DNA of 32,000 nucleotides from Mycobacterium tuberculosis H37Rv (GTDB lineage Bacteria; Actinomycetota; Actinomycetes; Mycobacteriales; Mycobacteriaceae): NCBI RefSeq assembly GCF_000195955.2, contig NC_000962.3, positions 3,930,001 to 3,962,000 of the forward strand, read 5' to 3'. Shown piece by piece: positions 27,428 to 32,000 of this stretch (position 1 is its first letter; each line of letters starts with the position of its first letter). The notes under the pieces were generated by a model. It saw only the letters and a program-made list of their open reading frames with translations, ran no database searches and was not told where the DNA came from. The position numbers and the translations under genes were made by a program.

Positions 27428-28432
27428 GTGACAGCCAGCTCGAGCGGCCCGGCGCTGATCGATCACTCTGAGCCGCCCCTTTCCGCGCCCCTCACGTTGT
27501 CCTTCGACTACACCCGTTCGGTGGGGCCCACGTTAAGCAGGTTTTTCACCGCCTTGCGTGCACGCCGCATTGTCGGGGTGCGCGGATCCGACGGCCGAGT
27601 CCATGTGCCGCCGGTGGAATATGACCCGGTTACCTACGAACCCCTGAGCGAAATGGTACCGGTGTCCAGCGTCGGCACCGTCGCGTCCTGGACCTGGCAA
27701 CCCGAGCCGCTAGCCGGCCAGCCCCTGGACCGGCCGTTCGCCTGGGCGCTGATCAAGCTCGACGGCGCCGACACCTTGCTGATGCACGCCGTTGATGTGG
27801 GAACCGCCGGCCCTTCCGCCATCCACACCGGCGCCCGGGTGCACGCGCATTGGGCCGACCAACCGGTGGGCGCCATCACCGATATCGCCTGCTTTGCGCT
27901 CGGCGAGACCGCAGAACCGGTGGCGGCTCACAAGACCGAGGATGCGCGGGACCCGGTCACCATGATCGTCACGCCGATCCAGCTGGAAATTCAGCACACC
28001 GCCTCGCACGAGGAGAGTGCGTATCTGCGCGCCATCGCCCAGGGCAAGCTCGTGGGCGCCAGAACCGGAAAGACCGGCAAGGTATACTTCCCGCCGCATG
28101 GCGCCGACCCGGCCACCGGGAAACCCACCTCCGAGTTTGTCGAGCTGCCCGACAAGGGCACGGTGACGACGTTCGCGATCGTCAACATCCCGTTCCTGGG
28201 CCAGCGAATCAAGCCGCCCTATGTGGCGGCCTACGTGTTGCTCGACGGCGCCGACATCCCGTTTTTGCATTTGGTTTCCGACGTCGACGCGCACCAGGTG
28301 CGGATGGGCATGCGCGTCGAGGCGGTGTGGAAGCCGCGGGAGCGGTGGGGACTGGGCATCGACAACATCGAGTACTTCCGCCCCACCGGCGAACCGGATG
28401 CCAACTACGACACCTACAAGCACCACCTGTAA
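27428..28432 (+). CDS. Rv3521: Tandem DUF35/OB-fold protein (thiolase-associated acyl-CoA-binding type); 334 aa from GTG 27428, or 303 aa from GTG 27521
   Basis: ORF 27428..28432. Two DUF35-like halves are visible: ...RIVGVRGSDGRVHVPPVEYDP... and ...KLVGARTGKTGKVYFPPHGADP... I recall 303 aa (start 27521) for the annotation. The longer form keeps LTLSFDYTRS, which looks like part of the fold. Confidence 0.8.
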   Translation: MTASSSGPALIDHSEPPLSAPLTLSFDYTRSVGPTLSRFFTALRARRIVGVRGSDGRVHVPPVEYDPVTYEPLSEMVPVSSVGTVASWTWQPEPLAGQPLDRPFAWALIKLDGADTLLMHAVDVGTAGPSAIHTGARVHAHWADQPVGAITDIACFALGETAEPVAAHKTEDARDPVTMIVTPIQLEIQHTASHEESAYLRAIAQGKLVGARTGKTGKVYFPPHGADPATGKPTSEFVELPDKGTVTTFAIVNIPFLGQRIKPPYVAAYVLLDGADIPFLHLVSDVDAHQVRMGMRVEAVWKPRERWGLGIDNIEYFRPTGEPDANYDTYKHHL

Positions 28433-28447
28433 AGGGCCCACCAACCA

Positions 28448-29512
28448 ATGAGCGTTCGCGATATTGCCGTTGTCGGCTTCGCCCACGCCCCGCACGTGCG
28501 CCGCACCGACGGCACTACCAACGGCGTCGAGATGCTGATGCCGTGCTTCGCCCAGCTATACGACGAGCTGGGCATCACCAAGGCCGACATCGGATTCTGG
28601 TGTTCGGGTTCGTCGGATTACCTGGCTGGACGAGCATTTTCGTTCATCTCCGCGATCGACTCCATCGGAGCCGTACCGCCGATCAACGAATCGCACGTCG
28701 AGATGGACGCCGCCTGGGCACTGTATGAGGCCTACATCAAACTGCTGACCGGCGAGGTCGACACCGCGCTGGTGTACGGCTTCGGGAAGTCCTCGGCCGG
28801 AACGCTGCGCCGTGTGCTGTCCCGCCAGACCGACCCGTACACCGTCGCGCCGCTGTGGCCGGATTCGGTATCGATGGCGGGACTACAGGCGCGGTTGGGG
28901 CTGGACTCCGGCAAGTGGACCCACGAGCAGATGGCGCGAGTGGCGTTCGATTCCTTCACCAACGCTCGCCGGGTGGATTCCGTGGAGCCGCCGATCACCG
29001 TCGGGGAACTGCTGGCACGGCCGTTTTTTGCCGATCCGCTGCGGCGCCACGACATTGCGCCGATTACCGACGGTGCCGCCGCGGTCGTGCTCGCGGCCGA
29101 CAACCGCGCCCGAGAACTGCGCGAAAATCCGGCGTGGATCACCGGAATCGAACATCGCATCGAGTCTCCGGCGCTGGGGGCGCGCGACATCACCGAGTCT
29201 CCGTCGACCAAACTGGCGGCCAAGATAGCCACCGGCGGACACACCGGCGACATCGACGTGGCGGAGATCCATGGGCCCTTTACCCACCAGCACCTGATCG
29301 TCGCGGAGGCCATCAGGATTCCGGGTAAGACGAAAGTGAATCCGTCCGGCGGCCCGTTGGCCGCCAACCCCATGTTCGCCGCCGGCCTTGAGCGTATCGG
29401 CTTTGCCGCACAACATACCTGGGACGGATCGGCGCGGCGCGTGCTGGCGCACGCCACCAGCGGACCGGCGCTGCAGCAAAACCTGGTCGCGGTCATGGAA
29501 GGACGGGGATAG
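28448..29512 (+). CDS. ltp4: SCP2/thiolase-like lipid-transfer protein, 354 aa
   Basis: ORF 28448..29512. Thiolase-like N-terminus MSVRDIAVVGFAH and C-terminal NPSGG. It starts 15 nt after the Rv3521 stop. Confidence 0.9.
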   Translation: MSVRDIAVVGFAHAPHVRRTDGTTNGVEMLMPCFAQLYDELGITKADIGFWCSGSSDYLAGRAFSFISAIDSIGAVPPINESHVEMDAAWALYEAYIKLLTGEVDTALVYGFGKSSAGTLRRVLSRQTDPYTVAPLWPDSVSMAGLQARLGLDSGKWTHEQMARVAFDSFTNARRVDSVEPPITVGELLARPFFADPLRRHDIAPITDGAAAVVLAADNRARELRENPAWITGIEHRIESPALGARDITESPSTKLAAKIATGGHTGDIDVAEIHGPFTHQHLIVAEAIRIPGKTKVNPSGGPLAANPMFAAGLERIGFAAQHTWDGSARRVLAHATSGPALQQNLVAVMEGRG

Positions 29513-29528
29513 TGGAGGGGCAGCGCTG

Positions 29529-30713
<1,185 letters not shown>

Positions 30714-30754
30714 TCGCCCGGCGCGATCCGGGCGACGCCGCAGACCATCCGAGC

Positions 30755-31786
30755 ATGGTGAAGTTCACACCCGATAGCCAGACGTCAGTTCTGCGCGCGG
30801 GCAAGTGCTCAGGTACTCTTTCTCCGTCGCGGTCGCGATTGCAAAGGGGGAGCTGGCCGGTGGATTCCGAACGCCGACGCTACGGGTGGCCGCGGAATCG
30901 ACGCACCTTAGCCATTACTGGAGCTGCAGTCGTTGTCGTGGTGACCCTCGCAGCCATTGGTTACCTGATCTTTGAGCCAAAAATTTCTGGGTCGTCCACG
31001 TCCAGGCAGGCCGCATCGCCAACCACTCCTTCCCCGCCCAGCCAGGTCGTGGTGCCGATCGACCTTTGGAATCCCGACGGGGTGACGGTGGACCTGGCGG
31101 ACGCCGTTTACGTGGCCGACTCCGGTCACAAGCGACTGCTGAAACTGCCGGCCGGCTCCAACACCCCGACCACGTTGCCATTCACCGACACCATCGGTCC
31201 AGGCGGCGTGGCGGTAAACAGCAACCGCGACGTCTATGTCATCGATGAAGACAGCCACCATGTGTTGAAACTCGCGGCCGGCATCGAACCCCCGGTCGAG
31301 CTCCCGTTCGGCAGCCTTGGCGATGCGCATGGTTTGGCAGTGGACCGCAGCGACAGCGTCTATGTCGTCGACTATGACAATGCCAAAGTGTTGAAACTGC
31401 CCCCAGGCGCAGATACCCCTACCGAACTGCCGTTCGTCGGGCTCGACCACCCCTATGATGTGGCGGTGGACGGTGCTGGCACCGTCTACGTGACCGACAG
31501 CGGCCACAATCGCGTGGTGGCGTTGACCGCGGGGTCGGCCACGCCGGTGCACCTCCCATTCGCCGATCTCAGCTTTCCCGCCGGTGTGACGGTGGACCGC
31601 GACGATAGCGTCTATGTGGCCGATCTGAACAACAATCGGGTGCTGAAGCTGGCGGCCGGCTCGAATGCGCAGTCGCAGCTGCCGTTCACCGGACTCTTCT
31701 CCCCAACTGATGTGGCGGTGGACAACGACGGCGCCGTCTACGTGATCGACTTTTACAACCGGATGTTAAAACTGCCGACGGCTTAA
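30755..31786 (+). CDS. Rv3524: Membrane-anchored six-bladed NHL-repeat beta-propeller protein (resembles the PknD sensor domain but has no kinase), 343 aa
   Basis: ORF 30146..31786. ATG 30755 gives 343 aa; GTG 30860 with AAAGGGGGA upstream is an alternative. TM segment LAITGAAVVVVVTLAAIGYLIF. Six ~42-aa repeats each contain VYV(A/I/V/T)D...(V/L)LKL. Confidence 0.8.
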   Translation: MVKFTPDSQTSVLRAGKCSGTLSPSRSRLQRGSWPVDSERRRYGWPRNRRTLAITGAAVVVVVTLAAIGYLIFEPKISGSSTSRQAASPTTPSPPSQVVVPIDLWNPDGVTVDLADAVYVADSGHKRLLKLPAGSNTPTTLPFTDTIGPGGVAVNSNRDVYVIDEDSHHVLKLAAGIEPPVELPFGSLGDAHGLAVDRSDSVYVVDYDNAKVLKLPPGADTPTELPFVGLDHPYDVAVDGAGTVYVTDSGHNRVVALTAGSATPVHLPFADLSFPAGVTVDRDDSVYVADLNNNRVLKLAAGSNAQSQLPFTGLFSPTDVAVDNDGAVYVIDFYNRMLKLPTA

Positions 31787-31799
31787 CCCGCAGCGACGC

Positions 31800-32000
31800 C
31801 TACATGGGTTCCAGTCCGGCCAGATGCCGTGCAGCCAGGTCACGATAGGCCTGCGGATTGACGTTAACCCACATTTCCGCGCCCGTTCCTTCAATCGGTC
31901 CCTTCACCTTGGCCGGCGCTCCCGTTACCAGCATTCCGGCCGGAATCTGAGTGCCGGCCACCACCAGCGCTCCCGCGGCGATCATGCAGCGCGCGCCGAT
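31800..32000 (-). CDS. Rv3525c: Hexapeptide-repeat / gamma-carbonic-anhydrase-like protein, 3' end only; the gene continues past the window edge
   Basis: The minus-strand frame is open to the window edge and ends ...GAPAKVKGPIEGTGAEMWVNVNPQAYRDLAARHLAGLEPM* (stop at 31800-31802). The C-terminal helix pattern is typical of gamma-CA-like proteins. Confidence 0.7.
   Translation of the reverse strand: MGARCMIAAGALVVAGTQIPAGMLVTGAPAKVKGPIEGTGAEMWVNVNPQAYRDLAARHLAGLEPM

Overview
This window is Mycobacterium tuberculosis complex chromosome. Gene order and the ORF lengths derived here match what I recall for H37Rv Rv3507-Rv3525c; that match is from memory, not a search. The first ~20 kb is a cluster of very large glycine-rich PE_PGRS genes, all on the + strand: the PE_PGRS53 tail, PE_PGRS54, PE_PGRS55/56 (split by a 1-bp frameshift) and PE_PGRS57. 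The cluster is interrupted by a translationally coupled amidohydrolase/ThDP-enzyme pair (Rv3510c-ilvX) and a truncated acyl-CoA synthetase copy (fadD18). The last ~11 kb holds KstR-type cholesterol side-chain catabolism genes (fadD19, echA19, cyp142, Rv3519, Rv3520c, Rv3521-ltp4-ltp3). It also holds an accessory DUF559-like gene (Rv3517) bracketed by hairpin repeats, the NHL-propeller membrane protein Rv3524, and the 3' end of Rv3525c. Three things stand out. (1) A nested segmental duplication has ~100% identical blocks sitting beside decayed paralogous DNA, including an apparently unannotated ilvX 3' relic. (2) There are very large, near-perfect intragenic tandem repeats with units of 603, 615, 336, 351 and ~600 bp. 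(3) Two single-class, strand-coordinated substitution clusters (8 G>A and 5 G>T) fall in the same ~75-bp sub-segment of the PE_PGRS57 351-bp repeat. I saw no rRNA, tRNA, CRISPR array or transposase. I did not find a clearly new multi-gene system. The findings concern repeat dynamics, mutation signatures, relics and regulatory sites.
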